DNA from: Sedimentisphaerales bacterium
GTDB lineage: Bacteria > Planctomycetota > Phycisphaerae > Sedimentisphaerales > Anaerobacaceae
Assembly (NCBI GenBank): GCA_963708075.1
Contig: OY970194.1
Coordinates: 5,472,001-5,536,000 of the forward strand
DNA: 64,000 nt
Reading direction: 5' to 3'
Shown: one piece after another, positions 17,851 through 27,590 of the stretch
How the letters are laid out: each line of letters starts with the position of its first letter
Numbering within the stretch: position 1 is the stretch's first letter
Made by a program: the position numbers and the translations under genes
The notes under the pieces: model-generated
What the model saw: only the letters and a program-made list of their open reading frames with translations
Databases searched by the model: none
Told to the model about the DNA's origin: nothing

Positions 17851-19131
17851 TCACGTGCGCTTCAGCTCGTCGGCGTTGTCGTGGATCTTCTGGATCGCTT
17901 CGAGGATCGTGTCCATGTCGGCCTTGGTGCCCATCAGGGCGGTGAAGTGGAGGCACACGGACTGCTTATCGTGAATCCGGTCGCAGACGGGCAGCTTGAA
18001 TCGCTTCGGGTCGATCCGTTTCCAGTGCCGCTCCGTCAGCTTGTACCGCCAGGGCTTGGTGTGCGGGGCGTACAGGGAGCACGCATTGAGCGGCTGGTAG
18101 CTGGCCTCGACGCTGCGCCCGATCTCGGCAGCCAGGGCTTTGCGGAACTGAGTCACGGGGACGTTCCTGAATGGCTTTTGGTTGTACCGGAAGGAGAAGT
18201 TGTAGAAGGCTTGGGCGGTTTCGCGGTCGTCCCGGCGCATCGGCTGCACGCCGGGAATCCCGGAAAGCTGCGCGTTGAAGTAGGTGGCGTTCTTCTCGCG
18301 TACCTTGTTGTCCCGGGACAGCCGGTGCAGGGATTCGGTGAGCAACGCGGCTTGGAACTCCGTGATCCGGTAGTTGCCCGATTGGATGAAGTTGCCCTCG
18401 TCGCCGTAAATGCCCGCGCCTTTGTCTGCCGCCCCTTTCTGCTCGGGGCGCCGACCGCAATTGCGAAGGGCATCGAGCTTCTCCCAGAGCTCGGGGTCGC
18501 TGGTGGTCAGGGCCCCGCCTTCGCCGGCGGTCATGAGCTTGGACAGCTGGAAGCTGAAGCTGCCGATGTCGCCGATGCTGCCGGCCTTCATGCCGTTCCA
18601 CTCGCCGCCGTGCTTGTGAGCGCAGTCCTCGATGACGCGCAGGCCATGGCGCTCGGCGATCTGCAGGATGGCGTCCATGTCGGCCATGCAGCCGTAGAGG
18701 TGGACGGGGATAATCGCCCTGGTCGCCGGGGTGATCGCCGCCTCGATTGCCGCCGGGTCGATGCACCAGGTGTCCTCGGTGACATCGACGATGACCGGGA
18801 CGGCGTTGATATCGAGGGCCGCGGCTGCCGTTGCCTGCCAGGTCAGCCCCGGCACGATGACTTCATCGCCGTACCCGATCCCGCAGGCCTCCAGGGCCAG
18901 TTGCAGCGTGACGGTCCCGTTCGCCAGCGACAGCGCATTCCGGCTGCCGATATACCCGGCGAAGGCCTTGTTGAACCGCTTCTCGGCAGGCCCGTTGTAC
19001 GACCAGACGCCGCTGCGCAGCACGCCGAGCAGCGCCTTCTCGTCCCGCTTGTCCCAGACCGGCCACTTCGGCCACGGATTGCGTTTGACATTTCGTACCG
19101 GCGTCCCGCCGTTGATCGCTAATCGGCCCAT
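17851..19131 (-). CDS. DegT/DnrJ/EryC1/StrS PLP-dependent aminotransferase
   Basis: LAINGG.PV, NGTVTL.LAL, GDEVIVP, IIPVHLYG, IEDCAH, SFQLSKLMTAGEGGA (PLP lysine), GNYRITEFQAA. Confidence 0.95.
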   Translation of the reverse strand: MGRLAINGGTPVRNVKRNPWPKWPVWDKRDEKALLGVLRSGVWSYNGPAEKRFNKAFAGYIGSRNALSLANGTVTLQLALEACGIGYGDEVIVPGLTWQATAAAALDINAVPVIVDVTEDTWCIDPAAIEAAITPATRAIIPVHLYGCMADMDAILQIAERHGLRVIEDCAHKHGGEWNGMKAGSIGDIGSFSFQLSKLMTAGEGGALTTSDPELWEKLDALRNCGRRPEQKGAADKGAGIYGDEGNFIQSGNYRITEFQAALLTESLHRLSRDNKVREKNATYFNAQLSGIPGVQPMRRDDRETAQAFYNFSFRYNQKPFRNVPVTQFRKALAAEIGRSVEASYQPLNACSLYAPHTKPWRYKLTERHWKRIDPKRFKLPVCDRIHDKQSVCLHFTALMGTKADMDTILEAIQKIHDNADELKRT

Positions 19132-19180
19132 GATCGTGTCCTTCTCTGACCAGTTCTGATGAATACGTCGGCAACGTCCG

Positions 19181-19259
19181 GGGTGCCATGCTTACGCTCG
19201 CGTAAGCATGCCTTGCTTATCGACTCGAACATGTCTACGCAAGCGTAGACATGGCACCC
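19181..19259. repeat. Family B palindromic repeat
   Basis: Same length and orientation as 17741-17819, with near-identical arms. Confidence 0.87.
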
Positions 19260-19362
19260 GGCATTACGTTCTTTGGCACACCACACTACCCGATGGGCCC
19301 ACATCTTTCAATCATCGCCACTCATCCTTGCGTAGTTTCCGGGAATCCGATAGGATTTCAGG

Positions 19363-22010
19363 CATGGACGAGTACGGACGAGAGCTCTCTGAAGCGTGGC
19401 GGATTCGGGCTTGCAGTGAGGTTGGCGTCCCTGGTGACAGGGTGTCTCTGTCCAGCTTTGATACCCACGACTGGGTGCCGGCGGCCGTTCCCGGCACGAT
19501 CCTGGCGGCACTGGTTGCGGCGGGCAGGTACGAAGACCCGTACTTCGGGATGAACCTCAGGAACATACCACGCGAGCCATTCGAGCGATCGTGGTGGTAC
19601 AGGACGGAAATCCGTCTCTCGGAGGCCCAGGCGCACGAGACGGTCCTCCTGGAATTCGATGGGATCAACTATGCAGCCAACATTTGGCTGAACGGCCGAC
19701 AGGTCGCCGCAGCGGAAGACAGGAGAGGCGCATTCCGCCGATTCCAATACGATGTCTCGAATCTGGTCAGGCACAACGTCAATGTCCTTGCGGTCGAGGT
19801 GATCCCTCCGAAGCCGGGGGACTTCACGATCGGCTTCGTGGACTGGAACCCGCCGGCCCCGGATCGCAACATGGGCCTCTTCCGGCCGGTTCGGCTTCGC
19901 TTCTGCAACGGCGTGTCCATCGAGAATCTCTTCGTGCAGACCGGCCTGGATCTCGCTACACTCGCCGAGGCCGATCTGACAGTCACCGCCGACCTTGTAA
20001 ATCACAGTAATGAAGCCATCAGGGGCATTCTGGAGGGCTGCATCGAAGGAATCCGTTTCTCGCTCAACGTGCGCCTGCAGGCGCACGAGAATAGGACAGT
20101 GACCTTCACCGCAGATGAGTACCCGCAGCTTCGCGTCACCAAACCACGCCTATGGTGGCCGCATGACCTCGGCACGCCGGAGCTGTATCCGTTGGAGCTG
20201 AGATTTGTCGTTGGCTCGCAGGTTCTCGGATGCCGCGTCGGTCCGCTTCGGCATCCGCGAGGTGGCGGACTACCGGACGCCGGAAGGCCATCGCGGGTTC
20301 AAGGTCAACGGCCGGGAGGTGCTCATCAAGGGCGCGGGCTGGACGGATGATCTGCTGCTGGCGGACACGCCGGAGACTATTGATGCCGAGCTGCGCTACG
20401 TGCGCCATATGAATCTCAACTGCATCCGCTGCGAGAACATCTGGGGCAAGGACGGGACGCTGTACGACCTGTGCGACCAGTACGGCATCCTCATGATGGT
20501 CGGCTGGAGCTGCCAGTGGGAGCACGAGCAGTACCTCGGCAAGCCCGTCGATGAGCGCTACGGCGGGGTCGTCTCGCCCGAAGACATCGAGCTCGTGAGC
20601 CAGTGCTGGCAGGACCAGCTCCTGTGGCTGCGCAACCATCCGAGCATCTATGTCTGGGCCGTCGCCAGCGATAAGACCTGCGCACCCGATCTCGAAAAGC
20701 GGTACATGGAGATCTTCCGTAAATACGACCGGAGGCGTCCCCATCTGGCCTCCACCGGAGGCGTGGGCAGCGAGCAAGCCATCGTGACGTGTGAGCGGAT
20801 CGTCAGCGAGATCAGCGGCTGCTCCGGCATGAAAATGCTCGGGCCTTATGAGTACACGCCGCCAGTCTACTGGTACACGGATACCCGCCGGGGCGGCGCA
20901 TACGGTTTCAACACAGAGACCTCGCCGGGAGCGGTAGTGCCTACGCTCGAAAGCCTGAAGAAGATGCTGTCGCCGGAGCACCTGTGGCCCATCGACGAGT
21001 ACTGGCACTTCCATTGCGGCCTGAACGAATTCACCACGCTGGACCAGTATCGCGGCGCACTGGCGAGGCGATACGGTGAGGCGAAGACGGTCGAGGAGTT
21101 CGCCCGCAAGGCGCAGACGCTGAACTACGAGCTGATGCGACCAATGTTCGAGGCCTTCCGCGTCAACCGCCGCCGGGCCACCGGCGTCATCCAATGGATG
21201 CTCAACGCCGCCTGGCCCAAGATGTGGTGGCAGCTCTACGACTGGTACCTTATGCCCACCGGCGCGTTTTACGGGGCGAAGAAGGCCTGCCAGCCGCTAC
21301 AGCTCATCTACAACTACGGCGATAGAAGCATCTACTTAGCGGATGATCCGTCTGCAACTGTAGGGTGGGTTCTCAACCCACGCAGTCACGCAGCCGGTGC
21401 GTTCCTGACGCGTGGGTTGAGAACCCACCCTACGGGTCTCACGGCCGAGATACGCGTCTACGATATCGAGTCGAGGCTCTTCCTGGCGGCGCACCTGGCG
21501 ATAGAGGCGGGGCACGATCCATCAAAAAGCATGTTCACGCTACCCCGTTTTGAGACCATCAGTACAACGTACTTTCTTTCCCTGCGGCTGCTGGATCCGG
21601 CGGACGCGCAGATCGCCGACAATTTCTATTGGCTCTCCACGCAAGCTGATGTGCTGGACTACGAGGCCAAGGTCACGCCCTGGGAGTACTTCACGCCGAG
21701 CAAGGGCTACGCCGATCTGACGATGCTCAACTCTCTGCCGCCTGCGGAGGTGGATGTCGCGCATCACCTTGAGACTGTCGGCGACAAGGGCAGGATCACG
21801 GTCGAGCTGGCAAATCACGGCGACAGGATCGCGTTCTTCATCGAGCTGCTGCTGACCGACGCAGTTACGCGCGAGCCCATCGTCCCGATCTTCTGGCAGG
21901 ACAACTACGTGACTCTCCTGCCGAACGAGACGAAGACACTGACAGCCACGTTTCCGTCGATAGAGCCACAGCCCATTCTTACGGTCCGTGGCTGGAATGT
22001 CAGCGGATGA
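19363..22010 (+). CDS. GH2 glycoside hydrolase, exo-beta-D-glucosaminidase (CsxA)/beta-mannosidase-like; one frameshift near 20223
   Basis: ORF 19208-20350 gives the N-terminus (VPGT, FDGINY.A.IWLNG, WNPPAPDRNMGL, LWWP..LG.PELY); ORF 20205-22010 continues FGIRE, LRNHPSI..W, SGMKMLGPY.Y.PP.YWY, FNTETS, WMLN..WP, DNYVTLLP.E. Removing one base at GGTTCTCG joins them. Confidence 0.88.
21360..21433. repeat. GTAG-type REP doublet, family A, in-frame inside the GH2 gene
   Basis: Perfect 24-bp inverted arms GTAGGGTGGGTTCTCAACCCACGC / GCGTGGGTTGAGAACCCACCCTAC; intergenic relatives at 30600 and 46700. Confidence 0.92.
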
Positions 22011-24168
22011 CGCCGAGGTGGCGGCCGAGCCAGTAGGGCAGGAGGTAGATGTCGGGGGCGAATTCTTCGCGGCCGGCGTCGCCGCCGTCGAGGTTGAAGG
22101 CGTTGCCGTTGTGCTTGCTCATCGGCCGCTCGTCGGGCGGCAGGACCCCCTTCGTAGTCCACCCGCGGAAATTGGGACCCAGGAATTCGAGGTCCTTGCG
22201 GCCGCTGTTGCGCACGGTCCAACTGATCGTGTCGAGCGGAAATTCTTTCAGGGTCCAGATCGATTCTTCGAGATCGAATTCCTTGGCCCCGGTGTCGGCG
22301 TAGATGAAATTCCACAGCGGATTCCTCTCCGGGCGCTCGATCTCCCAGTGCTCCCGGATTGCCCGGCGATATTTCTCGCGCAGCTCGTCTGTGAATGCGT
22401 AGCGGTACAGGTTCCAGTAGGTCAGAAACGCCAGCTCATCATCGCTGTGGTTCCACTCCGTCGTCAGGTCGATGCCGGGGACGCGGCCGAGTTCCGTTAT
22501 CGGGATCACGATGTTGTCGAGATAACCGTACTTCTCGAATAGCTCGTAGGCTTTCTGCTTGTACAGCTCTTTGCCTGTGAAGTGATACGCCGCCTGCAGG
22601 AAGGAGATGATCTCGGCGGAATTGAGCCGCCGGTCGCCCACCTGGCGCGGGAAGCGATTGACGTACTCGGGATTCCACCGGCCCCACTGGGTGGGCTTGC
22701 CGTCGTAGTCGATGAGGTACCAGTTGTTGCGGACGATGTGGGCCATGATGGCGTCCATGAGTGTGACGGCCCGGTCTCGCCACGCTTTGTCCGGAACGAT
22801 CTCCGCAAAAATCGTGTAGGCGAAGAAATGTCCTACGATCTCATCACTGCTGGTCGTCGCCTTCCAGACCCAGTGCCTGTCCTCGGCGGGCTGCCAGCGG
22901 GATTTGTCCGAGACCTGGTACCCCGCCCGGTCGAAGGATCGAGCCGGAAAGCCTTCCATCGGCGTAATCTCGCTGAGTCGCTCCATCGCCTCGAAGGACT
23001 CATAGCAGTTCCGCAGCGCCGCGTCCGACTTCGTGACGGCGTATCGGAACAACTCACCGGCCAGATACATCGCCGTCCACAGGCCGTCATTATCCGTGTC
23101 GATCAACGTGCCGGTCGATAAATCGCCGGCCTCACTCATCACCAGCGCGCTGTTGAATCCGTACCGGATGTGGCGCTGCCGCATGGCCCTGTCGAAATGA
23201 TCTGCCTTCTCCGCGAGTGTCATCTCCTTGAAGCGGATGACATTAAGCCCCTTCTCCGTCAGCACGAGCACGGAGTCCCTGAGTCCCGGCGCAATATCAA
23301 TGGCCATATCATCCACGAGCCATCGCTTCGACGCGTAACAATCGATTCGCCCATCGGGGTGCAGAGAGAACGCTCCCTCAGGCGTTCCGAACCAGATCGT
23401 ATCGCCAATGGCCCTGATGGTTCGTATGTCCGTGCACGGCAGCTTGTTCAGGAGGTCCCCCAGTGGCCGGAGGGAATTCGGATCCCACTGGCTGTACCCA
23501 TAGGCTGTCCCCACCAGGAGGGTCCGGCCGTCCCTTGAGAAGTCAAAACAGTTCACCTGCATCATCTCGAAGAAGAGCGTTCTGTTCATATTCCGCCCGA
23601 GCTCTTCAATCGTGCCGCGCGTCAGCATCAGGTATCGCTCTCGCTCGCCGTAGAATACCCCCTGCTTTACGTCAGATGCCCGCTGCTTCCAGTCCTGAAC
23701 CGGCTTGCCGTTGTGAAAGAGAACGCTTTGCTTGTCGCCTACAACGAGGAAATCGGAGTCCTTACCCATGACCAGCCGGTGGGCGCCGGACACCTGATGC
23801 TCTACGAGGAGCTTCCCGGCCCAGGCGTTGCTCAGAACGAACTCGTCCGTCAGATAGACGAACTGCCCGTCGTGCGTCTCCATGTCCACGATGTGCATGT
23901 CTGCAAGCGGTCGGTGAAGACGATCCGGCACAAGCCGGCCCTCATGGACTTGCAGCAGCCCTTTGTCCGATAGCACGCTGATGCGGCCGTTGCGGTCGGC
24001 GCGGACCTTCAGCAGCTTCGCGTCACCCACGCCCGGGCCCAGTGGCACCTTTTCACTGAAGTCCTGACGAAAAGGTTGGTCAACGTAGGCGTTCTGCGCG
24101 CCGGCGCTCATGGCGAATACACAGCCAAGGAATATAGTGAGAACCATTGAGTTTTGCCTGCGTTTCAT
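22000..24168 (-). CDS. Secreted hypothetical protein (beta-propeller-like N-half, helical C-half)
   Basis: 722 aa with signal peptide AGA|Q; IWFGT propeller-like repeat; DNDGLWTAMYL, TSSDE, WNHSDDELAFL acidic motifs. Confidence 0.8.
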   Translation of the reverse strand: MKRRQNSMVLTIFLGCVFAMSAGAQNAYVDQPFRQDFSEKVPLGPGVGDAKLLKVRADRNGRISVLSDKGLLQVHEGRLVPDRLHRPLADMHIVDMETHDGQFVYLTDEFVLSNAWAGKLLVEHQVSGAHRLVMGKDSDFLVVGDKQSVLFHNGKPVQDWKQRASDVKQGVFYGERERYLMLTRGTIEELGRNMNRTLFFEMMQVNCFDFSRDGRTLLVGTAYGYSQWDPNSLRPLGDLLNKLPCTDIRTIRAIGDTIWFGTPEGAFSLHPDGRIDCYASKRWLVDDMAIDIAPGLRDSVLVLTEKGLNVIRFKEMTLAEKADHFDRAMRQRHIRYGFNSALVMSEAGDLSTGTLIDTDNDGLWTAMYLAGELFRYAVTKSDAALRNCYESFEAMERLSEITPMEGFPARSFDRAGYQVSDKSRWQPAEDRHWVWKATTSSDEIVGHFFAYTIFAEIVPDKAWRDRAVTLMDAIMAHIVRNNWYLIDYDGKPTQWGRWNPEYVNRFPRQVGDRRLNSAEIISFLQAAYHFTGKELYKQKAYELFEKYGYLDNIVIPITELGRVPGIDLTTEWNHSDDELAFLTYWNLYRYAFTDELREKYRRAIREHWEIERPERNPLWNFIYADTGAKEFDLEESIWTLKEFPLDTISWTVRNSGRKDLEFLGPNFRGWTTKGVLPPDERPMSKHNGNAFNLDGGDAGREEFAPDIYLLPYWLGRHLGVIR

Positions 24169-24283
24169 AGTCTGACGCTCCTTACGGCCGAAATCCCGGT
24201 ACGCTTCAGTTCTGCCCAGAGCATGGAAACACTCTTATCTACCACACTCAGGAACGCCGTCAAGATGCTTCATCTTGTCGCGG

Positions 24284-25030
24284 TCAGAACAGCAGCTTGA
24301 TGGCGGCGGCGGCGGCGAGGATCTGGACGACGCTGTTGAAGGCCTTCTGGGGAATTCGCCGGAGAAAGAGAATACCGGCGACGGAGCCGGCGGCGATCAG
24401 CGGCAGCATCATGAGGTCGAGCCGGACGGATTCGCGCGTGATGAGGTCCAGGTTCGCGCTGAAGGGGACCTTGAGCCAGTTGACGGCGAAGAAGAACCAG
24501 GCGCTGGTGCCGACGAAGGCGAGCTTGGGCAGGCGCATGGCGAGCAGGTAGATGACCATGACCGGTCCGGCGGCGTTGGCCATCATCGTGGTCACTCCCG
24601 CGACGAAGCCGAGCGCCATGGCGAACCACCATTGCGTCGGGACAGGGGCGTCCTCGCCCCGCAGGCGGGTGCGCCAATAATTGACGCCGAGCATGACCAG
24701 CACGATGACGCCCATGATCGGCTGGAGCATCTCGTTCGTGACGAAGCGCATGGCCTGCCAGCCCGCCATGATGCCCGCGAATGCCGAGGGCAGCAGCCGG
24801 ATCACGTGCCCCCATTCCGCCGCTTGGCGGTAGTACGCCGCCGCGAAGAGGTCGCCCAGGATGAGAATGCCCAGCAGGATCCCGGTGGACTCGCGCGTGT
24901 GGCTGGAAAAGACCATCGCCATCAGCGGGATGGGGAGGATGCCAAGTCCCGGCAGGCCGGTCTTGCTCACGCCGACCAGGAAGGCGCACAGGCCCACGAT
25001 AAACCAACTCGATGAGTTCAGATCAAACAC
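24284..25030 (-). CDS. TauE/SafE (sulfite exporter, DUF81) membrane protein
   Basis: GVSKTGLPG, GD..A..YYR, TTMMANAAGPVM..YLL, FVGT.AWFF..VNWLKVPF. Confidence 0.9.
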   Translation of the reverse strand: MFDLNSSSWFIVGLCAFLVGVSKTGLPGLGILPIPLMAMVFSSHTRESTGILLGILILGDLFAAAYYRQAAEWGHVIRLLPSAFAGIMAGWQAMRFVTNEMLQPIMGVIVLVMLGVNYWRTRLRGEDAPVPTQWWFAMALGFVAGVTTMMANAAGPVMVIYLLAMRLPKLAFVGTSAWFFFAVNWLKVPFSANLDLITRESVRLDLMMLPLIAAGSVAGILFLRRIPQKAFNSVVQILAAAAAIKLLF

Positions 25031-25160
25031 ACACTACCCCGACCATTCACTGACACAACGGCCACGCCCGCACTTGCGGGTCGTGCACTGTAGCCGTTTT
25101 GACGCCGCCCCGCAATCGCTTTTGTGCTGAGCCTGACTCGTATCTCTGAAAAGTAGATAT

Positions 25161-25254
25161 GGGTGGCAGCGGCAAGCGCGAGCTTGCCGATGGCTCTTGG
25201 GGTCCGAGGAACACCATCGGCAAGCTGCGCAGGCTCCGCTTGCCGCTGCCACCC
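25161..25254. repeat. Palindromic repeat family C (GGGTGGCAGCGGCAAG...CTTGCCGCTGCCACCC)
   Basis: Terminal inverted repeats; full or half copies at 12723, 15254, 38705, 40018, 49306, 55171, 57263 and, diverged, 63436. Confidence 0.87.
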
Positions 25255-25359
25255 GGATGTGCATGTCCATTGCTGTGACCGGCGTGCTTGACGGCATGGA
25301 GGCCGCTGATAGAATGGCGGGTGATTGGGACCGGTGTCGAGAATGGAAAGGGCAGGGAC

Positions 25360-25758
25360 ATGGTGAATGGACTCTCCGGCCGCATGGTTGCGGCTGTCAC
25401 GTTGCTTGTCGTCGCGGCGATGCTTGCAGGATGTCAACAGCCGCAAACCCCGGATGAGAAACAGGCCAGACTCCTGGCGGCAGAGAATATCCAGCTCAAG
25501 GAGCGTCTGACCAGTCAGCAGGCACGGGTGGAAACGGCGCAGAAACAGCAAGGCCAGAAGCTCCAGCAGCAGGAGCAGGAATTGTCGAAATGCCGGGCCC
25601 GCGCGGAGCAGTTGCAGAAGGACCTCGAAAAGGGCATCGCCGAGCGCGTTCAAGACGTCACGACAAAAGTGATGGACGAGAACGTTCGGCTGCGCAAAGA
25701 GATCGAGCGACTTCAGTCGGAAATCGAAAAGCTCAAAGCCGATCCGAATCGATCATAG
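25360..25758 (+). CDS. Coiled-coil lipoprotein, unknown function
   Basis: Lipobox LAG|C then a Q/E/K-rich heptad coiled coil; upstream TTGACG-N16-TAGAAT at 25288-25315. Confidence 0.8.
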   Translation: MVNGLSGRMVAAVTLLVVAAMLAGCQQPQTPDEKQARLLAAENIQLKERLTSQQARVETAQKQQGQKLQQQEQELSKCRARAEQLQKDLEKGIAERVQDVTTKVMDENVRLRKEIERLQSEIEKLKADPNRS

Positions 25759-25798
25759 GTCCCATAGGTCCTGTTCGTCCTATCGGTCCTATCCCGCC

Positions 25799-27577
25799 CT
25801 ATACTTCCGCGTAAGCACAGACTCTGCGAACCGCCTCGACGCAACTGGGGAGGTTGCCCTGCAAGTGGTGTCGCTGCATGGCGGCGGCGACGAGTCCGAC
25901 GAACATGGGCTGCGGCCGCAAGGGTCGCGACGTCAGGCACGGATGGGCCTGGGTCCCCATGAAGAACGGATGGGTGGGCAGTTCCAGGATTTGCATGATG
26001 GGCTGGTCGGGGGCCCTGCCGGAGAAGACCAGGCCGCCGCCCTCGAGCGTCTCGATGTAGCGGGGATCGACCTCGTAGCGGTGGCGGAATCGCATGCGGA
26101 CCGCGTCCTTCTGGCCGAAGAGGTCCCACGCCAGAGTCTGCGGCGTGATCTTGATGTCCCTGCCGCCGAGGCGCATGTTGCCGCCCAGGCCCTCGATCTT
26201 CTTCTGCTCGGGCAGCGTGTCGATCACCGGCTCAGGGGTCTTTGCGTCCAGCTCCGTGCTGTTGGCGTCCTTCAGGCCGCAGACGTTGCGGGCGAACTCG
26301 ATCACCGCCATCTGGAACCCGAAGCACAGGCCCAGGTAGGGCAGGTCGTTCTCGCGGGCGTGCCTGACGCAGGCGATCTTGCCCTCGGCGCCGCGGGAGC
26401 CGAAGCCGCCGGGGACAATGATGCCGTCCACTTCGGCCAGGTGCCGCCGGGCGTTTTCATCCGTGATGGACGTGGTCTCGATCCACTTGATCTTCACGTC
26501 GCAGCCCAGAGCGATGCCCGCGTGCTCCAGCGCGTGGATGATCGAGGCGTAGCTGTCGCGGACGGAGGTGTACTTGCCGGTGATGCCGATGGTGGTTTCG
26601 TATTTAGCCGTGCCGATCTTGTCGGTGAAATCGCACCACTTGGCCCAGGCCTTTCGCTCGTGGCGCAGGTTGATGCGGTCCTCGATCTTGAGCAGTCGCA
26701 GGACCTCGAAATCGAGGCCATTTTCGCGGAGCATGGCGGGGATCATGTAAATGCTCGCCGAATCGTGCAGGCTGATCACCCGCTCCAGGGGCACGTTGCT
26801 GTACACGCTGATCTTCTGGCGGGCCTTCTCGTTGACGGGGTTGGTGGCCCGGCAGACGATGATGTCCGGTTGGATGCCGAGTTGCATGACCTGCTTGATG
26901 CCGAGCTGGGCGGCCTTGGATTTCTGCTCGCCGAGCGCCGGCGGCTCCATGATGTAGGTCAGGGCGACGCAACAACTGCTTCCCGGCCCTTCCTCGTAGG
27001 TGAGCTCTCGCATGGCCTCGATGAAGTAGGCGTTTTCGAGGTCGCCGACGGTGCCGCCGATCTCGACGAAGACGACGTCGGCCTTGCTGTCGGCGGCGAG
27101 CTGCCGCAATCGCAGTTTCACTTCGCCGGTCACGTGCGGGATCATCTGCACGTCCCGGCCGAGGTAATCGCCGTGGCGCTCCTTGTGGAGCACGGAGCTG
27201 AAGATCTGGCCGCTGGTGGCGAAATTGGCCCGGCTCAGGTCCTGGTCGAGAATCCGCTCGTACGTGCCCAGGTCCATGTCCGTCTCCATGCCGTCGTCGA
27301 GGACGAAGACCTCGCCGTGGCGGAAGGGATTGAGCGTGCCGGAGTCGATGTTGAGGTAGCCTTCGAGTTTGATGGGCGCGACCTTGAGGCCCTTGTCCTG
27401 CAGCAGCTTGGCCAGGCATGAGGAGAAAATCCCCTTGCCCAGCCCGCTCATCACCGTGCCCATGACGAACACATAGCGGGTCTTGCCCTTCTTGTAGTTC
27501 GCCGGCATCGGCGCGAAGAACTCGCTCTCCGTTGACGTGTCGCTGATCTTCGTAAACAGTTCCCTGCTATCCACCAT
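25799..27577 (-). CDS. pyrG: CTP synthase
   Basis: SGLGKG, GTLNPFRHGEVFVLDDGMETDMDLGTYER, VQMIPHVTGE, EIGGTVGD, VPGGFGSRG, GLCFG, GGNMRLG, RHRYEV, TQAHP. The start could be 27604 or 27622. Confidence 0.97.
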   Translation of the reverse strand: MVDSRELFTKISDTSTESEFFAPMPANYKKGKTRYVFVMGTVMSGLGKGIFSSCLAKLLQDKGLKVAPIKLEGYLNIDSGTLNPFRHGEVFVLDDGMETDMDLGTYERILDQDLSRANFATSGQIFSSVLHKERHGDYLGRDVQMIPHVTGEVKLRLRQLAADSKADVVFVEIGGTVGDLENAYFIEAMRELTYEEGPGSSCCVALTYIMEPPALGEQKSKAAQLGIKQVMQLGIQPDIIVCRATNPVNEKARQKISVYSNVPLERVISLHDSASIYMIPAMLRENGLDFEVLRLLKIEDRINLRHERKAWAKWCDFTDKIGTAKYETTIGITGKYTSVRDSYASIIHALEHAGIALGCDVKIKWIETTSITDENARRHLAEVDGIIVPGGFGSRGAEGKIACVRHARENDLPYLGLCFGFQMAVIEFARNVCGLKDANSTELDAKTPEPVIDTLPEQKKIEGLGGNMRLGGRDIKITPQTLAWDLFGQKDAVRMRFRHRYEVDPRYIETLEGGGLVFSGRAPDQPIMQILELPTHPFFMGTQAHPCLTSRPLRPQPMFVGLVAAAMQRHHLQGNLPSCVEAVRRVCAYAEV

Positions 27578-27590
27578 CTGAGTTCCAACC

